Below are positions 19,379 to 28,680 of a stretch of DNA of 36,414 nt, in pieces. The DNA is taken from the sequence record SRR22947725_396. One strand, written 5' to 3'. Below the pieces are notes generated by a model. That model ran no database searches, had not been told where the DNA came from, and saw nothing but the letters and a program-made list of their open reading frames with translations. Position 1 is the stretch's first letter. Each line of letters opens with the position of its first letter. Made by a program: the position numbers and the translations under genes.

Positions 19379-20125
19379 CTAAACTCGAACTTTCAAACTA
19401 ATATCTTTTGCAAATTTTTTGATTTCTTTAATATTAGACTCATTATAATGAAGTATACTTGCCACAGCAAGAGCATCACATTCACTAAAATCTATAAATT
19501 GCTTTAGATCTACTTTTGATTTCATGCCACCACTGTAAATTACTGGAATTTTACATATTGAGTTGACCAATTCACATAACTCAATATCAAATCCGCTTTT
19601 TGTACCCTCTTTGTCTATAGATGTAATTAATATTTCTCCCGCACCTCTATCTTGCACTTCTTTAACCCAATCAATTACATCTTTTTCACTTTTTTCTCTT
19701 CCATTGTCATAATAAGCAATCCATTTATCATCTAATTTTTTTGCTTGTATTGAAGAAACAACTGCTTGGGAACCAAAGTTTTCAGCCAAAATATTCAAAA
19801 TTTCTGGACTAACTATAGCTTTTGAATTAATTGCTATTTTATCAGCTCCATTCATAAATAGTTTTTCGGCATCCTCAACGGATCTAATGCCTCCTCCAAC
19901 TGTAATAGGTATAAAAATCTCATTTGAAGCTTTTTTAATAATATCAAACAAATTGTTACGGCCATACAAGCTTGCAACACAGTCAATCAATATAAGTTCA
20001 TCAGCACCATCATCAAAATATTTTTTTGCATAAAAATTTGGATCACCTATAACTCTAAGGCCCTCAAGTTGTATTCCTTTAATTAAATTTGATCCTTTAA
20101 TATCAAGTCTTGAAATGATTCTCAT
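19379..20125 (-). CDS. hisF: HisF-like cyclase subunit (glycan-cluster paralogue, WbuZ-like)
   Basis: RLDIK, GADEL, VASLYGR, VGGGIRS, GAGEILITSID.EGT and SGG. Confidence 0.93.
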   Translation of the reverse strand: MRIISRLDIKGSNLIKGIQLEGLRVIGDPNFYAKKYFDDGADELILIDCVASLYGRNNLFDIIKKASNEIFIPITVGGGIRSVEDAEKLFMNGADKIAINSKAIVSPEILNILAENFGSQAVVSSIQAKKLDDKWIAYYDNGREKSEKDVIDWVKEVQDRGAGEILITSIDKEGTKSGFDIELCELVNSICKIPVIYSGGMKSKVDLKQFIDFSECDALAVASILHYNESNIKEIKKFAKDISLKVRV

Positions 20126-21051
20126 TTTTTTAAACTTTTTGAAAAAATTGAAATACCTTTTGACACAACTTGTTTAGTAGGTTTTTTAGGTAGCTTGATT
20201 TTTTTTTTTAATAAGTAATTTAAAAATTTGAAACCAGACTCATGACTTGCTGGATATCCACCACCAAATCTAGGGTTTAGATCGATTAAATAAATTTTAC
20301 CTTTTTTATCCTTAATTACATCACAATCTAAATTGCCATAAGGTTTAAAGTATTTTTTAATCTTTAAGCAGAAATCCTCAATTTTTCTATCTATAGTGAT
20401 TATACTCCTATCAGTTTCACCAGCTCTCATAAGTATTTTTTTTTTAACACATACTCTATATATGTTTTTTTTTTCTATTGAAAAAATATCTACACCATAC
20501 TCTGTACCTAAAATTTTCTTTTGAACAAAAAAATTATTAAAATCTATTTTTTTAATATCACTATATTCCTTTAAAAACTCCATTTGGTCACCGCCGCTTC
20601 CTGTTATTTTTTTTTTAATTAAATTCTTACTAAATTTTAAAATTTCTTTTTTAAAAAAAAAAGATTTGGGAGTGTTGATTTTATGTTTTACACAATGATC
20701 GTACATACTTTTTTTATTAATGCACCTTTCAATATCTTCAAAATTAGAGATGATTATTTCACAACCCTTTTTTAAAAAAAGTTCTTTATTTTTCGATAAG
20801 ATCAAAAGGTCATGGTCAGATAATGGAATTAGCTTTTGAATTTTTTCTTTAATAACAATTTTTAAAATTTGAGATAGATATTTTTTATAATTTTTATTTA
20901 CTTTTGTAGTAAAATGCTTTTTTACATTTTTGTAAAAAGTAACTGGCGCATATTTATCTGATTCTGAAACATGTATATTTATATTACTTATACGCAAGGC
21001 GTAATCAAGAATATAGGTTCTTCTTCCAGAATTTGTAAATAAAATATTCAT
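20122..21051 (-). CDS. ATP-grasp domain protein (short carbamoyl-phosphate-synthase-like), putative carboxylate-amine ligase
   Basis: ILFTNSGRR, GTEYGVD, RAGETD and DLNPRFGGGYP. Confidence 0.85.
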   Translation of the reverse strand: MNILFTNSGRRTYILDYALRISNINIHVSESDKYAPVTFYKNVKKHFTTKVNKNYKKYLSQILKIVIKEKIQKLIPLSDHDLLILSKNKELFLKKGCEIIISNFEDIERCINKKSMYDHCVKHKINTPKSFFFKKEILKFSKNLIKKKITGSGGDQMEFLKEYSDIKKIDFNNFFVQKKILGTEYGVDIFSIEKKNIYRVCVKKKILMRAGETDRSIITIDRKIEDFCLKIKKYFKPYGNLDCDVIKDKKGKIYLIDLNPRFGGGYPASHESGFKFLNYLLKKKIKLPKKPTKQVVSKGISIFSKSLKK

Positions 21052-21054
21052 TAT

Positions 21055-22215
21055 TTATTTAGAAGCTGTAAATTTATTTATTAAATCTATTGCATTTTTA
21101 AAAACTGAATATTTTTGTGATAAAGATATTCTTATATAGTTGTTAAAATTCTTTCCAAAATACTTTCCTGGTGTTACTGCAACATTATATTTTTTTAAAA
21201 GATTTGTGCAAAATATGTCTGAGGTCATTTTTCTTTTGTTTATTTTTAAAAAGATAAAAAAACCCCCATACGATTTTTTAAAATGAAAATAAGGGTTTTT
21301 TGATAAAACTTTATATGCATAAGTATGATTTTTGTTAATTAAATTATTAAATCGTTTCAAGTGATCGCTTTTTTTTGACAACGCTTTGAGTGCTGCCTTT
21401 TGAATAAAAAGAGGCACATTTGTCAATATATGTTGTTGAATTTTAATCATTTTTGAAGTGATTTTTTTATTAGCATGGGAATATCCTATTCTCCAGCCTG
21501 TCATTGAAAACGCTTTGGAAAAACCACTTATTGTTACAACCCTTCCTGCTATACTCTTTAAAGAAGCAGGCGATAAATGTTTATTTTGACTAAAAATATT
21601 ATCTTTATAAATTTCATCAGAGATTAAGAAACATTTTTTATTTTTTTTTAATATTTTTTCTAATTGCAATAAGTCATTTTTTTTTAATATCTGTCCTGTT
21701 GGATTATGTGGAAAATTTATTAATATTACCTTTGTATTTTTTTTTATTGTTTTTCTTAATTTTTCATAATCAATTTCAAAATCTTTGTTTAAATCAAAAC
21801 TACTTATTTTAATATTGCTTTCACTTAATAAAATTTGAGGAAGATAACTGGTGTAACAGGGTGAAATGTAAATCACATGATCTTTAGGTTGAATTAAAGC
21901 CAATAAAGTTAGATATAGTGACATTTTTGATCCTGCTGAAATTAAAATTTCCTCAGGATTAGCTTTTATTTTATTATCAATCTTAAGTTTATCTGCAATT
22001 TTTTTTCTAAGTGAATAGTCGCCTATTGGACTTGAATATTTTGTTAGTCCTTTTTTCATAGAATGATATGCTTCTTCCACTATAAACTTTGGTGTTAAAT
22101 AATTTGGCTCACCTAATCCTAAAGAATAATAAATTTGATTTTTTTGATTCATTATTTTTGCCAACTTACTAAATTTTAATTCTAGAGAATCGCTAATATT
22201 TTTTGACAATTTCAT
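21055..22215 (-). CDS. PLP-dependent aminotransferase class I/II (aspartate aminotransferase-like)
   Basis: GLGEP, NFPHNPTG, SDEIY, SGFSKAFSMTGWRIGY and RIS. Confidence 0.93.
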   Translation of the reverse strand: MKLSKNISDSLELKFSKLAKIMNQKNQIYYSLGLGEPNYLTPKFIVEEAYHSMKKGLTKYSSPIGDYSLRKKIADKLKIDNKIKANPEEILISAGSKMSLYLTLLALIQPKDHVIYISPCYTSYLPQILLSESNIKISSFDLNKDFEIDYEKLRKTIKKNTKVILINFPHNPTGQILKKNDLLQLEKILKKNKKCFLISDEIYKDNIFSQNKHLSPASLKSIAGRVVTISGFSKAFSMTGWRIGYSHANKKITSKMIKIQQHILTNVPLFIQKAALKALSKKSDHLKRFNNLINKNHTYAYKVLSKNPYFHFKKSYGGFFIFLKINKRKMTSDIFCTNLLKKYNVAVTPGKYFGKNFNNYIRISLSQKYSVFKNAIDLINKFTASK

Positions 22216-23354
22216 CAGAAAGAAACAAATCCTTTGTTAAAGTTTTTGCTGTCATTTAAATTAATATTATTTAAATGTTTTGCAATTCTTTGACTAGACT
22301 TTCCATCGCCATATGGGTTTTTTATTTTTTTAAAATTTTCTTTTTTAGAATATAAAGAAATTAATTTTTGTAATTTAGATTTATTAAACTCGCTATTTAT
22401 TACATTTTTGGGTATTAACTTACCCTCTTGTCTGTCTCCAATATTTATTGTTGGAATATTAAATGTTGCAGACTCCACAATTCCACTTGATGAATTACCA
22501 ATAAGCATTCTAGAATTTCTTAATAGATAATAAAAGTTAGACCCTGCATTTTTAAGTAACAAAATTTTTTTTGGATAATTTTTTTTTAAATTTTTAAATC
22601 TTTTTATTATTTTTAAACAACCTGGATCAGAGTTGGGGTATGTAATGACAAAATTTATTTTTGTTTTTTTGATTAAACTTGCTATACAATTTAGCTGAGT
22701 GTCTAAGCTTTTTAAATTATTAGTTTCTGAATGTAGACAAACAAGTATGTAATCCTCTTTTGTAAATTTTTTTATTTCTTCATTATTAATATGTTTACTG
22801 TATTTTTTTAGATAATCTAAACCAGGTGCACCAACTACTTTTACTCTAAAGTCTTCTTCTCCCATTTGTTTTATTCTTTTGGCATATTCTTTTATTGGAG
22901 TGTAATGAAAGTGAGAGAGTTTTGTCAGGGTATGTCTGATTGTGTCATCAAAAGAACCTTTGGTAACAGATCCGCCATGAATATGAACTAATAATATTTT
23001 TTTTCCAAAACAGGCTAGAGCTCCTGCGACCATTTCATACCTGTCACCAAATATCACAAAAATATCAGGTTTATTTTTTCTAATAATGTTATCTATTTTT
23101 TTTGTTGCTTTAAGAATATTATTGGTGATGCCTGAACTTTTAAATGAATAATCATCTATTGAACAATCATAAAATAGAGTTTTGCTTCTTTTAATATCTT
23201 TTATAGTTTGACCAAATTCTTTTAACTTATGGGACCCTGAAATTAATAATCTTAGATACAAATTTTTTTTTTTTATTTCATCTAAGATGGGTAGTTGTCT
23301 TAAAAAATCTGATCTTCCTACGGTCAAAAGAAAAATTTTTTTATTTTGTTTCAT
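22215..23354 (-). CDS. neuC: Hydrolysing NDP-sugar 2-epimerase, LegG/NeuC2-type
   Basis: TVGRSDF, SGSH, GDRYE, HIHGG, DDTIRH, GNSSSG and NPYGDG. Start moved to the ATG at 23354, giving a 14-nt overlap with the upstream gene. Confidence 0.92.
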   Translation of the reverse strand: MKQNKKIFLLTVGRSDFLRQLPILDEIKKKNLYLRLLISGSHKLKEFGQTIKDIKRSKTLFYDCSIDDYSFKSSGITNNILKATKKIDNIIRKNKPDIFVIFGDRYEMVAGALACFGKKILLVHIHGGSVTKGSFDDTIRHTLTKLSHFHYTPIKEYAKRIKQMGEEDFRVKVVGAPGLDYLKKYSKHINNEEIKKFTKEDYILVCLHSETNNLKSLDTQLNCIASLIKKTKINFVITYPNSDPGCLKIIKRFKNLKKNYPKKILLLKNAGSNFYYLLRNSRMLIGNSSSGIVESATFNIPTINIGDRQEGKLIPKNVINSEFNKSKLQKLISLYSKKENFKKIKNPYGDGKSSQRIAKHLNNINLNDSKNFNKGFVSF

Positions 23355-24411
23355 AATATAAGTTATTTGTTTTATAAAATTCGCTCCACTCGCCAACATC
23401 ATTCCAATTACTTTCATTTATAGGAAATAATCCAATTTTACTTTTTTGGCTTTGGGCTTTAGAAATTAAGTCAGTTATATGAAAAAATGTGTTTTGTTTA
23501 ATATATCTTAACAACTTTTTATTAACAATATAAAATCCAGTATTGATAATAATATTCTTTATAGGTTTTTCATCTATTTTATTAAGAATACCTTTTTTAT
23601 CTAACTCACAAATTCCATATGGTATCGAGTAAGATTTAAAAGACCCAACTACTGACATATCAAATTTGTTATAATGATGAAATTTTATAAAATCTTTGTA
23701 GTTAAAATCATGCAAAACATCACAATTAGTAAGAATAAAATTTTTTTTAATTTTATTTTTAATTAGTGAAAGTCCGCCTGCTGTGCCTAATTCTTTAGAC
23801 TCTTGAATAAAATTTAATTTTTTTCTATATTTTTTATCTTCAAAATAAGATTTGATAATGTTCGATTTATAGTTTGTTATTATAAATATTTTAGTTACAC
23901 CATAATCTAAAAATTGTTCGATTATTCTCTCTAGCACAGTTTTATCATTTAATGGTATCAAAGCTTTAGGTAAGATATCTGAGAATGGTTTTAACCTTGA
24001 TCCCTTGCCCCCAGACATAATCACGACTGGAATATTTATTTTAGGTAATTTTTTCTTTTTAAATTTTAATAAGTCCTCTTTAGTTTCTACGCCTAATATC
24101 TTGTTATTTTTATTAACAATGGGAATAATAATTACATTTTTATTTGAAAATATTGAACGTAAATTTTTTAAATTGCTTTTTTTATCTAAAACAGAAACTG
24201 GTTTTTTATTATAATGTGACTTAATTTGTGAATTAAGTTGTGCCCCTTGATACAAAGCAGATCTTAAGTCTCCCATAGAGAAAGTTCCTAGAAGAATATT
24301 ATTTTCATTAGAAACGATAAGAAAACTACTATTGTTTTTATTCATTTTTAATGAACAATTTGAAATAGTATCATTTTCCTTCACTAAAAAATTTTTAAAG
24401 TTCTTTTTCAT
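23341..24411 (-). CDS. CBS-domain nucleotidyltransferase (PtmE/LegX-like sugar-1-phosphate guanylyltransferase)
   Basis: N-terminal CBS-like pair (LLGT...GDLR), MSGGKGSRL, LPKAL, LGTAGGL, TNCD and EKP. Confidence 0.9.
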   Translation of the reverse strand: MKKNFKNFLVKENDTISNCSLKMNKNNSSFLIVSNENNILLGTFSMGDLRSALYQGAQLNSQIKSHYNKKPVSVLDKKSNLKNLRSIFSNKNVIIIPIVNKNNKILGVETKEDLLKFKKKKLPKINIPVVIMSGGKGSRLKPFSDILPKALIPLNDKTVLERIIEQFLDYGVTKIFIITNYKSNIIKSYFEDKKYRKKLNFIQESKELGTAGGLSLIKNKIKKNFILTNCDVLHDFNYKDFIKFHHYNKFDMSVVGSFKSYSIPYGICELDKKGILNKIDEKPIKNIIINTGFYIVNKKLLRYIKQNTFFHITDLISKAQSQKSKIGLFPINESNWNDVGEWSEFYKTNNLYYETK

Positions 24412-24422
24412 ATATTTAAGAT

Positions 24423-25601
24423 TTATAATTTTTTATAAATATCATATCCACTTGGTATATTTACTATCTTATTTTGAATAAAAATTGCATTTTCTAAATT
24501 CGAACATGGGCTATTTTTAAATGGTTTCAGCGTATTAAGTAACTTCCACACTGGTCTTGATTCAAAGCCTTTTTTATTGAGAGTTTTTATTAGATCATTT
24601 CTAAACTTATAATTCGAGTGTTTTAAAATAAGTGTATTCAGCCAAAAATTAGGGTAAGAATTTTTCTCTTTTTTCATAACATCCAAGTTATCATTTTTTG
24701 TCAAAAAATTGGATATTCTGTTATGAAGTTTTTTTTTTTTTAAAAGTATCATCTTCAATTTTTTTATTTGTGCTAACCCGAAAGCTGCGTTAATTCCTGG
24801 CATTATATAGTTCCATGCTACTTGATCATGAATATATTCGAAATTTTGAGTTTTTTTTGCTGTAGAGGCTATATGTTTTGAAATTTCAAATAACTTTTTA
24901 TTGTTAGTAATTATTGCTCCACCTCCTCCTGTGGTAATAATTTTATTTCCATTAAAACTTAATGTTCCCATATCCCCAAATGTTCCAAGATGTCTTTTTT
25001 TATAATAACTTCCGAAGCATTCTGTGGAGTCTTCTAAAATTTTTAATTTAAATTTTTTTTTAATTTTATTCATTTTTTCAATATCTATTGGAAAACCAAA
25101 AACATGGGTTGGAAGGATACATGATATTTTTCTTTTTGTTTTTTTATTAAATAAAGTGTTATTTTTGATAAATGATATTTCGTTTAAATATTTTTCCAAT
25201 TTAAAAAAATCAATTCCTAAATTTGTTAATTTAATATCTACGAAATGAGGTATTGCACCAACATGTTTTATCGCATTTGAAGTGGCAACAAAACTAAGTG
25301 GAGATGTAATAACTTCATCATTAGGATTTACTCCAAGGGTTCTTAAACTAATTCCAAGAGCAGCTGTTCCAGAATTAACTGCTATAATATATTTAGACTT
25401 AACAATTTTTTTTAATTCTTCCTCAAATTTTTTAACATAAATACTTTTATTTGACACAAATGTAGAATCAATACATTTTTTTACAGAAATTATTTCCTTA
25501 TTATCTATATTTGGATTGTGTAGAAACAGTTTTTTTTTTTTTGAAATTGACACTAAGCAACTAGTGATTTCTTTTACTATATTATTAATTTTATTATACA
25601 T
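24423..25601 (-). CDS. legC: LegC-family DegT/DnrJ/EryC1/StrS sugar aminotransferase
   Basis: STFVS, VNSGTAAL, SFVATSNA, HVFG and LSFNGNKIITTGGGG. Start moved to the ATG at 25601, 1 nt after the legB stop. Confidence 0.92.
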   Translation of the reverse strand: MYNKINNIVKEITSCLVSISKKKKLFLHNPNIDNKEIISVKKCIDSTFVSNKSIYVKKFEEELKKIVKSKYIIAVNSGTAALGISLRTLGVNPNDEVITSPLSFVATSNAIKHVGAIPHFVDIKLTNLGIDFFKLEKYLNEISFIKNNTLFNKKTKRKISCILPTHVFGFPIDIEKMNKIKKKFKLKILEDSTECFGSYYKKRHLGTFGDMGTLSFNGNKIITTGGGGAIITNNKKLFEISKHIASTAKKTQNFEYIHDQVAWNYIMPGINAAFGLAQIKKLKMILLKKKKLHNRISNFLTKNDNLDVMKKEKNSYPNFWLNTLILKHSNYKFRNDLIKTLNKKGFESRPVWKLLNTLKPFKNSPCSNLENAIFIQNKIVNIPSGYDIYKKL

Positions 25602-25602
25602 T

Positions 25603-26610
25603 CTAAAAAAAGTACTCTTGTTTATTAAAGTCTTTTTTTTTATTATTTTTTTTAAACCAATTAAATGTAATTTTAATTGCAATTTCAAAATTTTTCCTAC
25701 TGCTATATCTTGGATGCCAGTTCAATAATTTTAAAGCTTTTTTATTGTGAGCCAATAATCTTTGAACTTCACTTTTTTTTGGTCTTATTCTCTTGCTTTC
25801 TTGTAATACTTTTAGTTTTCTTCCACTAATTTTTTCAACAATTTTAATAATATCTTTTATTGAATATTCCTTTCCACTTCCAATATTTATAACTTCTCCT
25901 ATGATTGATTTTTTATTTATTGTTTTTATAAATCCGTCAATAATGTCGTCAATAAAATTAAAATCTCGCTTTGTATTAATAGACCCCAACTTTAAAAAAT
26001 TATTTTTTTCATCTAAAAACTGATCTATGATTGTTGGAATTATTGCTCTTAATGATTGTCTTGGCCCAAATGTATTAAATGGTCTGATGACAGTAACAGG
26101 TAAATCAAATGATAAGTAAAAAGATAAAGCTAATTGATCAGAAGCAATTTTGGTAGCTGCATAGGGAGACTGTGCATTTAGAGGGTGTGTTTCTTTAATT
26201 GGTACTGTCAATGGAGTGCCATATACCTCACTTGTAGATGTTTGAATAAATTTTTTTACCTTAAATTTTTTTGCACTATGTAGGATATTATTTGTTCCTA
26301 AAATATTAGTATCTATGTAGGATTTTGTTGAATTATAAGAGTAAGGAATCGATATTAAAGCTGCTAGATTAAAAATAATATCCACATTTTTGCATAATTG
26401 ATCAGTGCACTGCGGGTCTCTTATATCACCAAATACTATTTTTAATTGATTTCTATTTTTTATATCTTGGAGCCAGCCCAAGGAATTAAATGAATTATAT
26501 TGAACTAAAGCTATTACATTATAATTTAATTTTAATAATCTCTCGACTAAATGCGAACCTATAAAACCTTCAGATCCTGTTACTAAAATTTTTTTTTTTG
26601 GTAATTTCAT
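25603..26610 (-). CDS. legB: NDP-GlcNAc 4,6-dehydratase, LegB-like
   Basis: TGSEGFIGSHL, YNSFNSLGWL, LAALISIPYSY, TSTSEVYG, YAATK and RPFNTFGPRQS. Confidence 0.9.
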   Translation of the reverse strand: MKLPKKKILVTGSEGFIGSHLVERLLKLNYNVIALVQYNSFNSLGWLQDIKNRNQLKIVFGDIRDPQCTDQLCKNVDIIFNLAALISIPYSYNSTKSYIDTNILGTNNILHSAKKFKVKKFIQTSTSEVYGTPLTVPIKETHPLNAQSPYAATKIASDQLALSFYLSFDLPVTVIRPFNTFGPRQSLRAIIPTIIDQFLDEKNNFLKLGSINTKRDFNFIDDIIDGFIKTINKKSIIGEVINIGSGKEYSIKDIIKIVEKISGRKLKVLQESKRIRPKKSEVQRLLAHNKKALKLLNWHPRYSSRKNFEIAIKITFNWFKKNNKKKDFNKQEYFF

Positions 26611-26812
26611 TATTTCAAATTAAACATTTTTAAATATTAAACAATTTTTTTTCTTAATTTTTATAATTTTATTTAACCATTAATGTTATTTTGTATTATT
26701 TTCAAAAGTTATTTAATTTTAAAAACATATTTTTCATCATATAAACTCATCTTTTTAAATAACTTAAAATTATGAGTAAAAATTAAAATAATCTATCAAT
26801 GTTCTTTCTATA

Positions 26813-27748
26813 TTAAGTAACTGGTAAATTTCTAATTTTCTTTTTGTGTGTTTTTTCCCAATACAATTTTAAACTTTTAATTAATATATTATGATCATTA
26901 ACTACCTCTTCAATTCTTGGGAGATATGATTTTCCATATAGAAGAATTTCTGTTATTATTTTTTTCATTATTATGCTTACATGTGGTGGGGAAATTCTAA
27001 ATTTCTGACCATTGGAACAAACGATATTTCCTTTATTTTCATCAATATTATAATAAAAGTTTTTATTACCCACCGTAATATCGCCTGAGTTGGGATTTTT
27101 TGAAGATTTAATAATAATTTTTGAATTATTTTTTAAGAAAACAATTAATTCCCCCCCTATATCATAAAATCCTTTTCTTTTACTTTCAGTCCAAAATTTA
27201 TTAAGTTTTGATACATTAATCCCTTTTATGGAACTATTAGTTAACCAACACAAAAGATCGATTAAGTGAACTGAGCTAGTTATAATTCTACTACCAAATA
27301 TTTTAATCTTTAAATCAATATTTTTATGATTAAAAAATTGTTTTTTAATTAATTTATACTCCTTCATTCCTCTACGAGGAATATCAACCCAGCATTTAAA
27401 TTTTTTCATAGCATGATTTAGTTTATTTGTTGCTGCAATATTTTGCTCTATCATTTTTTCTATAATCCAATATTTACTTCTATTTTTTAGCAAACTGTTT
27501 ATTAAATTATATCTACCATTTGCTGTAGTAGAAATAATTGTAAGATCTATTTTTTTAGTGAAATTTTTAATATTTTTAATCATAAAATAATTTATATTAT
27601 TTGTATCTTTAAAGTGATAATTTTTTATTGAGTCTTTTTTGTCATAGTAATAAACATCAGCTCTAAGAGTTAATTTAGAAATTGCCTTCATATAATTCAG
27701 TCCTAAAGAACCCAATCCAACTACTAATATTACATATTTCTTTTTCAT
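26813..27748 (-). CDS. Gfo/Idh/MocA-family oxidoreductase
   Basis: VGLGSLG, IISTTA.GR, IEK and VHLIDL. Confidence 0.78.
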   Translation of the reverse strand: MKKKYVILVVGLGSLGLNYMKAISKLTLRADVYYYDKKDSIKNYHFKDTNNINYFMIKNIKNFTKKIDLTIISTTANGRYNLINSLLKNRSKYWIIEKMIEQNIAATNKLNHAMKKFKCWVDIPRRGMKEYKLIKKQFFNHKNIDLKIKIFGSRIITSSVHLIDLLCWLTNSSIKGINVSKLNKFWTESKRKGFYDIGGELIVFLKNNSKIIIKSSKNPNSGDITVGNKNFYYNIDENKGNIVCSNGQKFRISPPHVSIIMKKIITEILLYGKSYLPRIEEVVNDHNILIKSLKLYWEKTHKKKIRNLPVT

Positions 27749-27750
27749 TA

Positions 27751-28680
27751 CTAAAAATAAATTTTATTTATAAGATTCATTGTTGGTTCTAAGTCAAGTA
27801 AAGATGGTAAATGATTTTTTTTATTCGTATGGGCTCGAATCAAATCATCAACCTGTAATTTAAAACCTGTTTTAAATTTTATATCAATATCAGATATCTC
27901 AAAAATTTTATATTCTTTACTTTTATTGGATCTTACTCTTAAAATTTCTAATGGACTTAATTCATAATAAAACTTATTTGTACTAACTTTTATTTGCCAT
28001 GGCCCAGGTTTATTCCATCTTGAAATATAATTTACAATATCACCTGATGAAAATTGAATCATACAATTAATTTCTTTTTTAGTTTTTATTAAAAAATCAA
28101 TTTTTTTGATATTTCCCCTGGTTAAAAAAGTTGCATAATCAACGGTATGAATAGCGTTAGCATACATCCAATAATCAATAATTTTTTTTGGCCTTTTTTT
28201 TAATTTTTCAATAATCGTATCTTGCTGGTCAAAAATATGAATTACTCTTTTATCTTTTTGTCCTTTAATTTCATTTAATAGATTTAATGTTGAAGAAAAA
28301 TACCTTCTATTCATTCCTACATATATTTTTTTGTTTCTATTCAAAGCCAACTTTTTTAATTTAATAAATTCTTTTAAGTTTAATCCTGGAGGCTTTTCAA
28401 TAAAAATTGTCCATGGAAAATTTAATAAATTTTTAGAGGTTTCAAACATATTCTCTACTGAAACAGTAGAAATTATAATATCTGACTCGGTTTTATTATA
28501 TAAGTCAGTTATATTTGTTAAATTTTTTTTAATTCCATATTTTTTTTTTAAATTTTCAGCTTTAGCAAAAGTTCTACCACATATGCCTTCTAGACTTACT
28601 CCATTGTAGTGTCTTAAAATATCTAAATATTTTGAAGCTATTACACCACCCCCAAGTATAGCTACTTTGATTTTTTTCAT
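27751..28680 (-). CDS. Gfo/Idh/MocA-family oxidoreductase
   Basis: LGGGVIA, IEKPPG, GMNRRY and ANAIHTVD. Confidence 0.85.
   Translation of the reverse strand: MKKIKVAILGGGVIASKYLDILRHYNGVSLEGICGRTFAKAENLKKKYGIKKNLTNITDLYNKTESDIIISTVSVENMFETSKNLLNFPWTIFIEKPPGLNLKEFIKLKKLALNRNKKIYVGMNRRYFSSTLNLLNEIKGQKDKRVIHIFDQQDTIIEKLKKRPKKIIDYWMYANAIHTVDYATFLTRGNIKKIDFLIKTKKEINCMIQFSSGDIVNYISRWNKPGPWQIKVSTNKFYYELSPLEILRVRSNKSKEYKIFEISDIDIKFKTGFKLQVDDLIRAHTNKKNHLPSLLDLEPTMNLINKIYF

Noticed and set aside
18746-20125. Histidine biosynthesis operon
   Set aside because: No other his genes are present, and the context with a WbuX/PseA-like amidotransferase indicates glycan-modifying paralogues.
23355-23417. N-terminal extension of the LegG ORF
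   Set aside because: It lies inside the upstream gene; the ATG at 23354 matches the family N-terminus.
25602-25688. N-terminal extension of the LegC ORF
   Set aside because: It overlaps legB by 86 nt; the ATG at 25601 directly follows the legB stop.
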